DNA of 64,000 nucleotides from Macrostomum lignano (Eukaryota): NCBI GenBank assembly GCA_002269645.1, contig NIVC01000632.1, positions 186,001 to 250,000 of the forward strand, read 5' to 3'. Shown piece by piece: positions 14,264 to 26,919 of this stretch (position 1 is its first letter; each line of letters starts with the position of its first letter). The notes under the pieces were generated by a model. It saw only the letters and a program-made list of their open reading frames with translations, ran no database searches and was not told where the DNA came from. The position numbers and the translations under genes were made by a program.

Positions 14264-15495
14264 CTAGACCGAACGCCTGGCCCGCTTCCTCCTCTTATAG
14301 TAGTCCTCATCCTCGTCCTGGTCGTCCTCCTTCTTCCTCCGGCCGAAAAATTCTTGGTCCAGGTTGGACTCGATGTCCTCGTCATAGAAGTCCATGTCAC
14401 CATACTTCTTCTTCCTGTCGTAGTCCTCCTCGTATTCTTCATCTTCCTCGTCCTCCTGTCGCTTCTTCCTCCTGTCCTCGCTCTCCTCCTCCTCCTCCTC
14501 CTCCTCCTCATTCTCCTCTTCTTCATCTTCCTCATCATCCTGTCGCTTCTTCCTCCTGTCCTCGCTCTCCTCCTCCTCCTCCTCCTCCTCCTCATTCTCC
14601 TCTTCTTCATCTTCCTCATCATCCTGTCGCTTCTTCCTGTCGTAGTTCTCCTCATCCTCTTCATACTCCTCTTCTTCATCTTCCTCGTCGTCCTGTCGCT
14701 TCTTCCTCTTGTCGTAGTTCTCCTCCTCCTCCTCCTCTTCCTCATACTCCTCTTCTTCATCTTCCTCATCGTCCTGTCGCTTCTTCCTCCTGTCGTAGCT
14801 CTCCTCCTCCTCCTCCTCCTCCTCATACTCCTCTTCTTCATCTTCCTCATCGTCCTGTCGCTTCTTCCTCCTGTCGTAGCTCTCCTCCTCCTCCTCTTCC
14901 TCATACTCCTCTTCTTCATCTTCCTCATCGTCCTGTCGCTTCTTCCTCCTGTCATAGCTCTCCTCCTCCTCCTCCTCATACTCCTCTTCTCGGATCTCCT
15001 CCACCTCTTCTTCAATCTCCTCTATAATCTCTTCGACCTCCTCCTGTTCTACTCGATTATCCTGTCGCTTCCTCCTGTCCTCGGTCTCCTCTTCCTCTTC
15101 TTCCTCCTCCTCATACTCCTCTTCTTCATCTTCCTCATCGTCCTGTCGCTTCCTCCTATCCTCGCTCTCTTCATCTTCCTCATCGTCCTCCTTCTTCCGT
15201 CTGCCAAACAGGCCCCCTTCGTCGTCCTGATCATCGTACTCATCGAAAATTGAGTCTTCCCTCTTCATATCGTCGAAGCTCGACGACATGACGCTATCGG
15301 AGTAGCCTACGTCGTAGGCTTGACGCTTGAGAGCTCGCGCATCAGACTGTAGAGGGGGGGTGCGATTTTAAGGCTACGGAAGTCCACTTTAACTCAAAAA
15401 ATCCAATTTGAGGCATTTTGATAAATTTGTCTCACCTCACGGTGCATCTGCGAGATGCAGAGCGCGATGCCCATGGCAACCAACAGAAGACGCAT
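14264..15495 (-). CDS. Secreted polyanionic multi-peptide precursor (prohormone-like), 2 exons, about 380 aa
   Basis: Exon 1 (15495-15436) encodes MRLLLVAMGIALCISQMHRE and ends at a GTGAG donor. The 89-nt intron ends CCCCCCCTCTACAG. Exon 2 (15346-14264) is in phase: SDARALKR-QAYDVGY... then repeated QDDEEDEEEEYEEEEEEEESYD-RRKKR. There is a TATAAA upstream and an ATTAAA downstream. Confidence 0.85.
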
Positions 15496-15617
15496 GCTTT
15501 TTGTCTGTCTCGATTTGTTTGGCAAGCAAAACCGGAGGGAGGGACAGCTGCGGAACCTGGAGGAGTCGCTGAGACAATTCGAGTTCGATCCCGGCTTCGC
15601 GAGCAGTCCGTATCGAA

Positions 15618-15623
15618 TTTATA
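15618..15623 (-). promoter_or_regulatory. TATA box candidate for the acidic precursor gene
   Basis: TATAAA on the minus strand about 125 nt upstream of the ATG at 15495. Confidence 0.45.
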
Positions 15624-16181
15624 GCGAAATTCGCTTCATCCGCTCCGCTTCCTGCAGCGGCAATTAAAAAGTCTGGTTGCCGGGGCGGACCGGTTTCGGA
15701 ACAGCGAAAATTGCCGGGACCTCATCAATTCTAGCTGAAGCGATGATGCAGGGCTGGGTTTTAATCGGACGCTGGGTTGAAAAGTTGTTGCTAGAAAATT
15801 TTTCCTGCTGCACTCTGCTAATCCGGCATTTCCGGCGAAAGTTGAGCTCGTTTGAAAAACTGTTTGGACAAAATGCGCCTTGCAGACAAAGCACCGGCGG
15901 TTTGGGGGTGTCCAGTCCAGCTGTTGGTGACTGCTTGATCAATGGCATATCTCTGCACCCTTCCAGAAGCTCGACAAAAGCCGACTCTGGTGCGATTCCA
16001 GTGGGAGTCCTTCCCGACTTTTCCCTAAAAAATACGAGTATCTGTTCATGCTAGCGAGTGGATGCTGGAACTTGAGCTCAGAAAAGAGATTTCGTCTTGG
16101 AAAAACATTAGTGAGCAGGGAGCTCATTAATTTGGGGTTATTTACTAACACGAAATTCCTGAACTGATTATGCAGTAGCCT

Positions 16182-16520
16182 GGGGGCGCGTATCCCAGTG
16201 GTCCTGCGCAGTGCTCTGATATTCCAGCGGCCCAGGCTCGATTCCAAGTGCAGTCATTAATTTGGGACTAAATTGGAATCTCGGCTTGGCTCTGCTCGTG
16301 CAATTAACGCCCTTGAAAGCCAAACCCCAAGGCACAGTGAAGTGTACATGCCTATCGTTCAATAAAGTGTGTGCCTGTGCGTATGACTGCGTACGTATCC
16401 GCGCGCTTGTATGCCTGCTCAGGGGAGTCGGCGGAATGGGCAGCATTGCCTCTCGCCGGTTGTGTGACAATGTCGCTTAGAGTGCGCCAGGGTACTCACA
16501 GCCTCCTGCCTCTGATAAAA
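16182..16520 (+). mobile_element. tRNA-derived SINE family A, full-length copy
   Basis: GGGGGCGCGTATCCCAGTGG (A-box) and GGCTCGATTCC (B-box), shared body, A-rich tail. Confidence 0.88.
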
Positions 16521-16862
16521 GTAAAACAAATCCAGGAGCCTGTTTCTCCTGTCTGTGATGCTCCTGGTTCCCCATCTGTCTCTTTCTGTTTACTCGTAAT
16601 TGGTTAGCATCGAATCGTGCTGTTTTGTGAAGATCAGTGGCATATGATGGCTAGTGCATAGGGAGTTTTCTGACCAATTTCTAATTCAATGCTGTTAGAA
16701 AAATTTTTTCTTTCAATAAGTTTTCTTTAACTTTTCGCCGCGCCCTGCATTACTACTGTCAGCCAGCAATTGCGGTGGTAAGTAGTAGTTAATGAAAGTA
16801 ACTGTTACTTACAATAACGGCTTATATAAAACTGGTCAACAAATTTTATTACAATACTGTTT

Positions 16863-17224
16863 TTTTATAGAGGCAGGGGGGTTGTGTGCACCCTGGCTCA
16901 CTTTAAGCGACATAGGCGCACAACCGGCGAGAGGCATTGCTGCCCATTCGGCCGACTCCCCTGAGCAGGCACACAAGCGCGCGGATACGTACGCAGGCAC
17001 ACACTCACACAGGAGTGTACAGCGGCCCTAACTTTATATTATCGTTAGGCATGTACACTTCACTGCACCTTGGGGGGTTGGCTGTCAAAGCCGTTAATTG
17101 CACGAGCAGAGCCAAGCCGAGATTCCAATTCAGCCCCAAATGAATGTGACTGCACTTGGAATCGAGCCTGGGTGGCTGGCACACCAGAGCAGCTGCGCTA
17201 CCGCTGGGCTACGCCCCCCCCCCC
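16863..17224 (-). mobile_element. tRNA-derived SINE family A, full-length copy with 13-bp TSD
   Basis: TSD TACAATACTGTTT at 16850-16862 and 17225-17237; A/B boxes and A-tail present. Confidence 0.93.
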
Positions 17225-17941
17225 TACAATACTGTTTATGAATGATTAAACAATAAGTTTACCGTTTTTTGAGCAGTGTGTGATACTAAATTCGACAACA
17301 ATCCGCTAGTTAATTTTAATTTTTTCATCCGATTCTCACTCAGTTTCTAGCACAAACTCCAGAACTCGCAGTATATTATCTGACGTAAACTAGTATTGAA
17401 TATTGCTGAAAAAATTTAACCAAAGAAAGTTAAACTGAGCCGCTGCTTTAGTGCGCTGTTTTCAAGCCCATCTTGCCTGGGTGCCGCAATTTCCATAGTC
17501 GAACGGCTCACGCATGGGGAAGGGGAAGCCGGCATGCGGTTTCCCCACTTCCGGTTGGCGGAACCGTTCGGCTCTGTCTGATTTAAAAAGAGGAGAATTT
17601 TTCTCGAACTAAAAAGTAATTCATTTATAGGAAGAAGGCAACACCGAGTCAGTTCAAACTGCAGCTGTGTAATTATTTGTTTTAGTCGATCGGGTCATTA
17701 TTGGCTGAGAACTCCAATTTGTGCTCATTTCGGAAATTTTGTTTCAGCTTCCATTCATCATCAACATTGATGCTTTCTGTTTAATTTTTACCAACTATTT
17801 TTATTTTTATTTTTACAAGCTATTTTTCATGAAATACTACCGGTAAAATTTCTGTTTTTTCTATCCTCTATCCGCGACTTTTGTGTACTTTTTCTTTACA
17901 AACTTTGATCTATTTGTTCATGGCAAAACTCCGTTTAACAA

Positions 17942-18308
17942 GGGCCGTAGCCCAGCGGTAGCGCAGCTGCTCTGGTGTGCCAGCGACCCAGGCTCGATTC
18001 CAAGTGCAGTCACATTAATTTGGGGCTGAATTGGAATCTCGGCTTGGCTCTGCTCGTGCAGTTAATGCCCTTGAGAGCCAACCCCCAAGGCGCAGTGAAG
18101 TGTACTTGCCTAACGATAAATAAAGTTAGGGCCGCTGTGCACTCCTGTGTGAGTGTGTGCCTGTGCGTATGACTGCGTGCGTAGCCGCGCGCTTGTGTGC
18201 CTGCTCAGGGGAGTCGGCGGAATGGGCAGTAACGCCTCTCGCCGGTTGTGTGACAATGTCGCTTAAAGTGCGCCAGGGTGCATACAGTCCTCTGCCTCTA
18301 ATAAAAAA
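17942..18308 (+). mobile_element. tRNA-derived SINE family A, full-length copy
   Basis: GGGCCGTAGCCCAGCGGTAGCGC...GGCTCGATTCC...CTCTAATAAAAAA. Confidence 0.92.
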
Positions 18309-18732
18309 TCCGATTTAGCTCTATGCAAAGCAGCTGATTTTTTGCACAGCATGTATTTACGAGTATTAAAGTTCAAATCGAAGGAACAAAAGTTTTCTTA
18401 TACTATACTCATGCCAACAAGAGCCCTAGGTCGTGAATTTTCATTTTTCAATTTAATATTTTTATCAAGAAATCCTTAATTTCTGTGCTTTGTGTTCTTA
18501 GAATGTGTTAAATAGGACCGTTTTAACAGATATACGCGTATATCGGTTGGAATTCTTCGGCGGGCAACCTTCGTACTCCGGAGAGACACAGCTACGAGTA
18601 TTATTCTATGTTTGCTACTGTAACTACGTAGTAAGATGCTTCGATTAATATATGAGCGTAGAATTTCTAAGATTTCTGAAAAGCTCTACAAACTTAGGTC
18701 AGCGGCATAGGTCCAAAAATGATGTCCAAAAA

Positions 18733-19619
<887 letters not shown>

Positions 19620-19620
<1 letters not shown>

Positions 19621-19745
19621 GACAGAGGAGAGGAGGGGAGAGGGAGGAGATGAAAGGAGAGAGTAGAGAAGAGAGCTGAGAAGAGACACAGACCTCAAGC
19701 GGGCCAGATTGCTATTGTGAAGTTTCAGAAGGACCGAGGGCCAGA
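19620..19745 (+). mobile_element. Internal fragment related to the hAT MITE at 53469-53908
   Basis: A GA-rich stretch followed by GAGCTGAGAAGAGACAC...GCGGGCCAGATTG...AAGTTTCAGAAGGACC parallels about 53770-53845. Confidence 0.55.
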
Positions 19746-20259
19746 CATGCAGAGAAGCCCGCGATACCGTTTTACACAGTCAGAGCATACGCACAGTAAA
19801 ACTGCTACAATATCTGCAACTTTTTTTGGTTGGAACTTCGACGTGTTTTTTGATGTCCACACATTCTTTACCGGGACCCAAGGGGTTTTAGCCGAAAAAT
19901 CCCGGGTTCCCTAGGGTGCGAATTTTTCGGGGAATTGACATCCCTAGACTAAGTGTTAACTCACTTGGCTACATCAGTCGGGTCGGATAAACCTAAATTT
20001 CAAATTCTGACGATACGAGCGTAAATAAAAAAATTAGGAAGCTGTGCGCACTCATATGCTCATCAGAAAGTAGACCAAGGGCATATTGCGCGAAAAATTA
20101 CCGCCAAAAAAATAACTTTGTACCATCGTGTGCCAGCAAAAACTCCGTCTGATCACATCTTTATGTTGGTATTAGCAGAAATAAATATCTAAGCATATTT
20201 CTTATTTTAATGGTTTAATTTAACACTTCACTGTGTACTTTGGTATTCAATTTGTTATA

Positions 20260-20265
20260 TTTATT
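20260..20265 (-). promoter_or_regulatory. Polyadenylation signal of the six-Cys precursor gene
   Basis: AATAAA on the minus strand just after the stop codon at 20293. Confidence 0.5.
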
Positions 20266-20292
20266 GCTGTACGAAAACAAAAACCGAAACAT

Positions 20293-21500
20293 TTATCGCC
20301 GTCGCCGCCATTCCTCGCCCTCGCCCTCGCCTTCATCTTCGTCTAGCACGGCCGACCTCATCACCATAGCCTTAGACACGGCATAGTAGCATTGCCGCAC
20401 GCACCTCTCGCTCTCCTCATCGCAGTTGCACTTCGACGGCATAGAGATGCCGGAAGCTGTCAGCCCCATCTGCATGATTGGCAGCTCGTGCTGCATTGTC
20501 TCGAAGTCGCCAAGGCCGGGCGGACAATTTCTGCCGTAGTAGAAGCACGGCTTCAGATTGTTTTCTAGGCGGGCTTCGATCTTGTCAGTGATGTGCTGGG
20601 GCCGCCTAGCTGACACCTGCTGGAGAGTCCAGGAGTTACTGAGCTCATAAACTAGTTTCTGAGCAATTTTTTGAGAGAGTTCATGAGTGAGTTTATGAGT
20701 GAGTTCATGAGTTTGTTTATGAGTGAGTTCATGAGTGAGCTCAAGTTTGTTTATGAGTGAGTTCATGAGTGAGCTCATTAGTGAGTTCATGAGTGAGCTC
20801 ATAAGTGATTTCATGAGTGATTTAATGAGTGAGTTCATTACAGAGTTTATGAGTGAGTTTATGAGTGAGTTCATGAGTGAGTTCATGAGTGAGTTCATGA
20901 GTGAGTTCATGAGTGAGTTCATGAGTGAGTTCATGAGTGAGTTCATGAGTGAGTTTATGAGTGAGTTCATGAGTGAGTTCATAGGTGAGTTCATGAGTGA
21001 GTTCATAGGTGAGTTCATGAGTGAGTTCATGAGTGAGTTCATAGGTGAGTTCATGAGTGAGTTCATGAGTGAGTTCATAGGTGAGTTCATGAGTGAGTTC
21101 ATGAGTGAGTTCATGAGTGAGTTCATGAGTGAGTTCATGAGTGAGTTCATGAGTGAGTTCATAGGTGAGTTCATGAGTGAGTTCATGAGTGAGTTCATGA
21201 GTGAGTTCATGAGTGAGTTCATGAGTGAGTTCATGAGTGAGTTCATGAGTGAGTTCATGAGTGAGTTCATGAGTGAGTTCCTGAGTGAGTTCATGAGTGA
21301 GTTCATGAGTGAGTTCATGAGTGAGTTCATGAGTGAGCTCATGAGTGAGCTCATGAGTGAGTTTATGAGTGAGTTCATGAGTGAGTTCATTACAGAGTTG
21401 ATGAGTGATGGTTCCAGCTGCTAGCAGTTAACTGACTCACCCTCACCTGCAGCACTGCCAAGATGCAGAGGCCAATGGTAATCAAACTAATCTCTTTCAT
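20293..21500 (-). CDS. Small secreted six-Cys precursor of unknown family, 2 exons, about 125-128 aa
   Basis: Exon 1 (21500 to 21447 or 21441) encodes MKEISLITIGLCILAVLQ(VR). Exon 2 (20619 or 20616 to 20293) encodes (Q)VSARRPQH...KPCFYYGRNCPPG...KCNCDEESERCVRQCYY...DEDEGEGEGEEWRRRR*. The junction is phase 0, with AATAAA about 30 nt after the stop. Confidence 0.8.
20670..21405. repeat. 12-bp minisatellite GAGTTCATGAGT filling the intron of the six-Cys gene
   Basis: Directly visible, about 60 copies. Confidence 0.97.
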
Positions 21501-22247
21501 TTTGCTTTCAAGCAAGATTCGGTCTGTCCACTTTTTTGAAGCAAAACTGTCAACTGCGCTTTAAAGTCAACTTCAAGCTGAGTTTGAGCGGCAAGGCGAT
21601 TCGCCTTTTTAAAAGGCCACGCCAGCGACTCTGCTGAGCGTCTGTGATAGCAAAAAATTGGAATTATGGCAAAAATAAAGATAATTGTTCATCTAAAAGT
21701 GACTACACAGCGCGCTTTCACTGCCGGCATTTTAGGATGCTAATGGAAGCCGGAAGCCATTTGGGACTTGGCCAGGCCAAGGCATATCAACTGGGGCTGG
21801 ATCATTTAGAATGTCAAAATATTTAAGGCAATTGTGCAGTGCAGTCGGGATTCTGTGTGAGATAATTACCGATCGCTGGCTCACATATGCGTGACTATCT
21901 AGGGGCATTGAATCTGATGAGTCAGCGAAACCATTTTTTGGCGAGACTAGAAGTGGAGTTTTCAAATGTTCTGACAGCCAGTGTCGAGATTGACGGGCAA
22001 TCAAAACTGCATCGCTCGCACTGCCTTCCGATATGGATGAGACAGAAGCCGGGAGTTGGTCGATAGCCTGAGCTCCTACACACGTGTCTAAAATGGAGAT
22101 TCGAACTCGCCCTTCTTGAGAACTAGACATAAACTAGACTAGATTAGATTTCAAATCCGATTGGATTTGACGTGAAATTCCGACTGGAAAACCCTGCGGG
22201 AAAACCTCGCTGCGGGAAAACTTCCTGCGGGACATTCTCATAGACAC

Positions 22248-22372
22248 GAGTTAGAAGAGCCTCATGATACTCAGGAGAGGCTGAGCACAATTCAATGCAA
22301 AGTTAAAATTGAAGCGCTCACAAAAAATAATGGCTTGCACAACAAATTGCTGGCGTTTCAAATTGCCGAAAC
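22248..22372. repeat. Dispersed repeat; inverted copy at 35451-35629
   Basis: GAGCCTCATGATACTCAGGAGAGGCTGAGCACAATTCAATGCAAAGTTAAAATTGA closely matches the reverse complement of about 35535-35629. Homology resumes after an insertion of about 50 nt in the second copy. Confidence 0.8.
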
Positions 22373-23099
22373 GCTCACAAACCAAGGGTGTACAGCGGTC
22401 CTGACTGTGAGCTTCTACGAGCCGTGTTCAAAAGTGAGATTCGAACTTGCAATAGCTCAGGACCGACTGCTGAGAGTTCTTTATCGTTGTTAACTTGACA
22501 CGCGGGTTCGAAGCTAGCTCTGTTCAACCTTTTTGTGCACGCTGTAAAAGATTCGCTTCAAATTCTGTCCTTGCTACTCATTAGTGGACGTTGTCTTATA
22601 CGTACCAATAAGTTTTTTAATTTTTAACTCATTTTTTATCCACCCGAACTTCGCCAACCAGTCAACCACCCACGGCGTCGTCCCCTCACGGCTAATTGAC
22701 TACACTTACTGCGACCGACATGCGAGACCTGCAGTTTCCCTTGGTGACAATCTTCCCCACGGACAATGTACCCCTTCGGACAGGGAATTCAGCCGCCTGA
22801 CTGCAATCTGCCGATTTCATTTCAAGTGGTCAACTTTTTAAACTTTTTAATCAAAGTTCGGATAGATAGATGAGAAGTTGAATCGAACCCTATGTTGAAT
22901 ATTTGCCTCATTCTGTCCTCGTCAGTTAGTCATTAACACACTCGCTCGGCTTCTCGTCTAGTACATGTTTCTTTTGGTGGTATTGTTACAGCTATTGAGA
23001 GATTTCTACAGTCAAACTCTCGTATTTCTACTTTCAGTAGCTGATCTCTTACATGTGCGAATTCCAGGCGAAATCGAAGTTCTCGGCAGCATAAGAGCG

Positions 23100-23480
23100 T
23101 AACAGATTGTGGGTAGATTCGAAGCAGATTGTGCGTAGATTCCAAGCTGATTGTGCGTAGATTCGAAGCAGATTCTGCGTAGATTCCAAGCAGATTGTGC
23201 GTAGATTCCAAGCAGATTGTGCGTAGATTCCAAGCAGATTGTGCGTAGATTCCAAGCAGATTGTGGGTAGATTCGAAGCAGATTCTGCGTAGATTCGAAG
23301 CAGATTGTGGGTAGATTCGAAGCAGATTCTGCGTAGATTCGAAGCAGATTCTGCGTAGATTCGAAGCAGATTCTGCGTAGATTCCAAGCAGATTGTGCGT
23401 AGATTCCAAGCAGATTGTGCGTAGATTCCAAGCAGATTGTGCGTAGATTCCAAGCTGATTGTGCGAAGATTCCAATCAAA
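23100..23480. repeat. 22-bp minisatellite GCAGATTGTGCGTAGATTCCAA
   Basis: Directly visible. Confidence 0.95.
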
Positions 23481-23514
23481 ATTTGAACAGATCCCAAGCA
23501 GATTGTGTGTTGGT

Positions 23515-23950
23515 TCAATGTGTGTCTATATATCTAAATGCATCCAGTGTGTGTCTATAGATCTAACTGCATCCAGTGTGTGTCTATATATCTAAATGCA
23601 TCCAGTGTGTGTCTATAGATCTAACTGCATCCAGTGTGTGTCTATAGATCTAACTGCATCCAGTGTGTGTCTATAGATCTAACTGCATCCAGTGTGTGTC
23701 TATAGATCTAACTGCATCCAGTGTGTGTCTATAGATCTAACTGCATCCAGTGTGTGTCTATAGATCTAACTGCATCCAGTGTGTGTCTATAGATCTAACT
23801 GCATCCAGTGTGTGTCTATAGATCTAACTGCATCCAGTGTGTGTCTATAGATCTAACTGCATCCAGTGTGTGTCTATAGATCTAACTGCATCCAGTGTGT
23901 GTCTATAGATCTAACTGCATCCAGTGTGTGTCTATAGATCTAACTGCATG
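23515..23950. repeat. 29-bp minisatellite CATCCAGTGTGTGTCTATAGATCTAACTG
   Basis: Directly visible, about 14 copies. Confidence 0.95.
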
Positions 23951-24378
23951 TACACCAGATGCGTTTTCAGGGATTCAATGCAATATTTATCGGTAGCAGA
24001 TCTGTCGATCAAACATACATCAGCTGTATCCAGTCTGCTCACCTCACTCCGCTCCTGGAGCACCGAACCTCGAGTCCGCCTCCGCAGAAGGTAATCAATT
24101 TTACGAAAAATATCGTGAATATTTTATGAAGAGGGGAGCAAGCCAGGCCCGTGCCCAGGTCACGGTGCAGATGCGGAGCATTTAGCTGGGGAACCGAGTG
24201 GGGAAATATTGCCTTCTGGCTCGGAACTAAGCATTGCAGCTGATCTCACTGTTGAGTGTTGTACAAATGAGCTGCAAGTAATTGCTGTTTGGCTGCCCAA
24301 ATCAACACATTTTGCGGCTACTCAACCGCTGCTCAATGCGTGCCGCAAAATTGTACATAAATAGATGATTGTGAGTGA

Positions 24379-24692
<314 letters not shown>

Positions 24693-25222
24693 GCCAGCAT
24701 CGCCAGCCAATGGCAGTCTCCCTCTCGCCTCTGCCAATCGGCTCCCCACGCCGATGCCGCAGCGGCAGCGAAGCCCCTGAGGAAGGAAGGCAAAATTTAG
24801 AAACGCACGACGGGGCTCTGCAGCCAGATCAGGGGTGGGGGCAGGGATAAGTACCGGCAAAAATTCTTTTTTCGGCGCTACACTTGGCTCAGTCTGCTCT
24901 GATCCGGCAGAAATTGCCATCAAGCCTGACAAATCCCCGGCAGTAGCAGCGGCGGCGGCTGTCTCACTAATCAGCTTTCTCTGGTCCAGCGTCTACAGAG
25001 TTTCTTCCAGACTTCATCAGTACAGAAGGCGATGGACAAAATTAACACGGGACAGCCGGGTGTTGCTAAGAGAAAGACCGAATCCAGCCTGATGGTGAGG
25101 CGGACTTTTATCCACTATTTTATCCGCGTTCAGGTTCGGGCTAAGGCTGCGGGTAGAGTAAGGGGATGTCAAAGAAGAAAGCCAATGTTTGATGGTACGA
25201 TTTGTCCATCCGTCCGTCTGGC

Positions 25223-25466
<244 letters not shown>

Positions 25467-25789
25467 AGCCGCTCCCCATCCGCATGCAAATCGCAAATAT
25501 CGCAGGGAACATCAGCACCAGCCGGCATTGCGAGATCTCTGGGGTCAAGTTAATTGAATTTTCTTCACAGGCGGCCGAGAGATTCTGTAGTGGGAGCAGT
25601 TATTCGAATTGGGGGAAGGAAGAAGAGGCCTGGTCTGCGCTTAATCTAGTGAGCTGGTGTACTAGCACATGTGGTAGCTTAGATGAAACGCTGCTCTGCT
25701 ATGGATAAAAAGTTTTTGTCACATTCTTTTGCTGAGCTTTTATAAAAGTTTTTTTCCTGATCGTTCATAGAGAGTTTTCGATGTTTTCT

Positions 25790-26110
25790 AGAGAGTGTTT
25801 CCTAATGGGTCATAGAGAGTGTTTCCTAATGGGTCATAGAGAGTGTTTCCTAATGGGTCATAGAGAGTGTTTCCTAATGGGTCATAGAGAGTGTTTCCTA
25901 ATGGGTCATAGAGAGTGTTTCCTAATGGGTCATAGAGAGTGTTTCCTAATGGGTCATAGAGAGTGTTTCCTAATGGGTCATGAGAGTGTTTCCTAATGGG
26001 TCATAGAGAGTGTTTCCTAATGGGTCATGAGAGTGTTTCCTAATGGGTCATAGAGGGTGTTTCCTAATGGGTCATAGAGGGTGTTTCCTAATGTGTCATG
26101 AGAATGTTTC
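25790..26110. repeat. 24-bp minisatellite AGAGAGTGTTTCCTAATGGGTCAT
   Basis: Directly visible, about 13 copies. Confidence 0.95.
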
Positions 26111-26919
26111 TCAATGGGTCATATCGTTTGTCGACTTGTCATACAGTATAAATTTCTCGGTCATTGAGCATGCTTCCTGGTTGGTTATAGAGGATGTTTC
26201 CAGACTTTTACTTTTTTATTTCCAGTTAGTCTCTCGGCTGCTGAATTTGCGTGCCAGAACGCCAAGCGCTGCAAAATATGCTAGGAGCAAAAGCTGTCTT
26301 TGTCAGCAATTGTAAAGATCTCTGCAAGCTTTTTCTTTTACTGATGTAGGATTTTTCAAATTTTCGTTCCCCTCGCTCCGTGCCTCTGCCTAGTTTTTTT
26401 GTCAAATTTCTGCCCTCCAATGCTGCACTGCCATGTTGCTTAGCAACTCACCAGCATTATTTTCAGAGAATAGCAGAAACAGAAAACGGACACACATTTT
26501 TTCTGGATGGCAGAAATTGTCCAACTAGCGAATACCGCTTCATTGGAATGCGGCACCCAACCGCGGCATAACTAATGAGATTATGCTGGCAGAAAATAAT
26601 TTGAGAAAGGCGTTGGGATCGCTAGGGGAATATTTCAGTGTGGCTTGACTCGGTAGCCAAAAAATTAGGATGGAAACTTGATCGGACTGCTGCATCACTT
26701 GCTACTCTCGCTTTTAGCCTCCCTTATGCTAATTTCACGCTCTGTCGAACATGAATCATTGCAACACGACTGCATTCTGCACTGAGCTCGAGTTTGAGGC
26801 CACTCAACCAGAAAACAGTTGTGAAGACCGTGACTGACAGACGACACCGGCTAGGAGCTGCCTGTCACGCTGTCTGGGATGGCGAACTCAGCTTCAGTAG
26901 CTTCTGTCTTAGTAACTGT

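Noticed and set aside
14387-14404. YGDMDF resembles gastrin YGWMDF-amide
   Set aside because: The essential Trp is absent and the motif is N-terminal and not amidated; probably coincidence in low-complexity acidic sequence.
14195-15253. 352-aa hydrophobic plus-strand ORF resembling a multipass membrane protein
   Set aside because: Antisense shadow of GAG/GAA/GAT codons (CTC/TTC/ATC). The minus strand has the signal exon, splice sites and TATA.
19820-19948. Possible hAT terminus (reverse complement TAGGGATGTCAATTCCCCG)
   Set aside because: No partner end or TSD found in the window.
20515-20550. Calling the six-Cys gene vasopressin/oxytocin or CCHamide
   Set aside because: The ring is two residues too long for vasopressin, it does not follow the signal peptide directly, and there is no GKR site, neurophysin or C-terminal His-amide.
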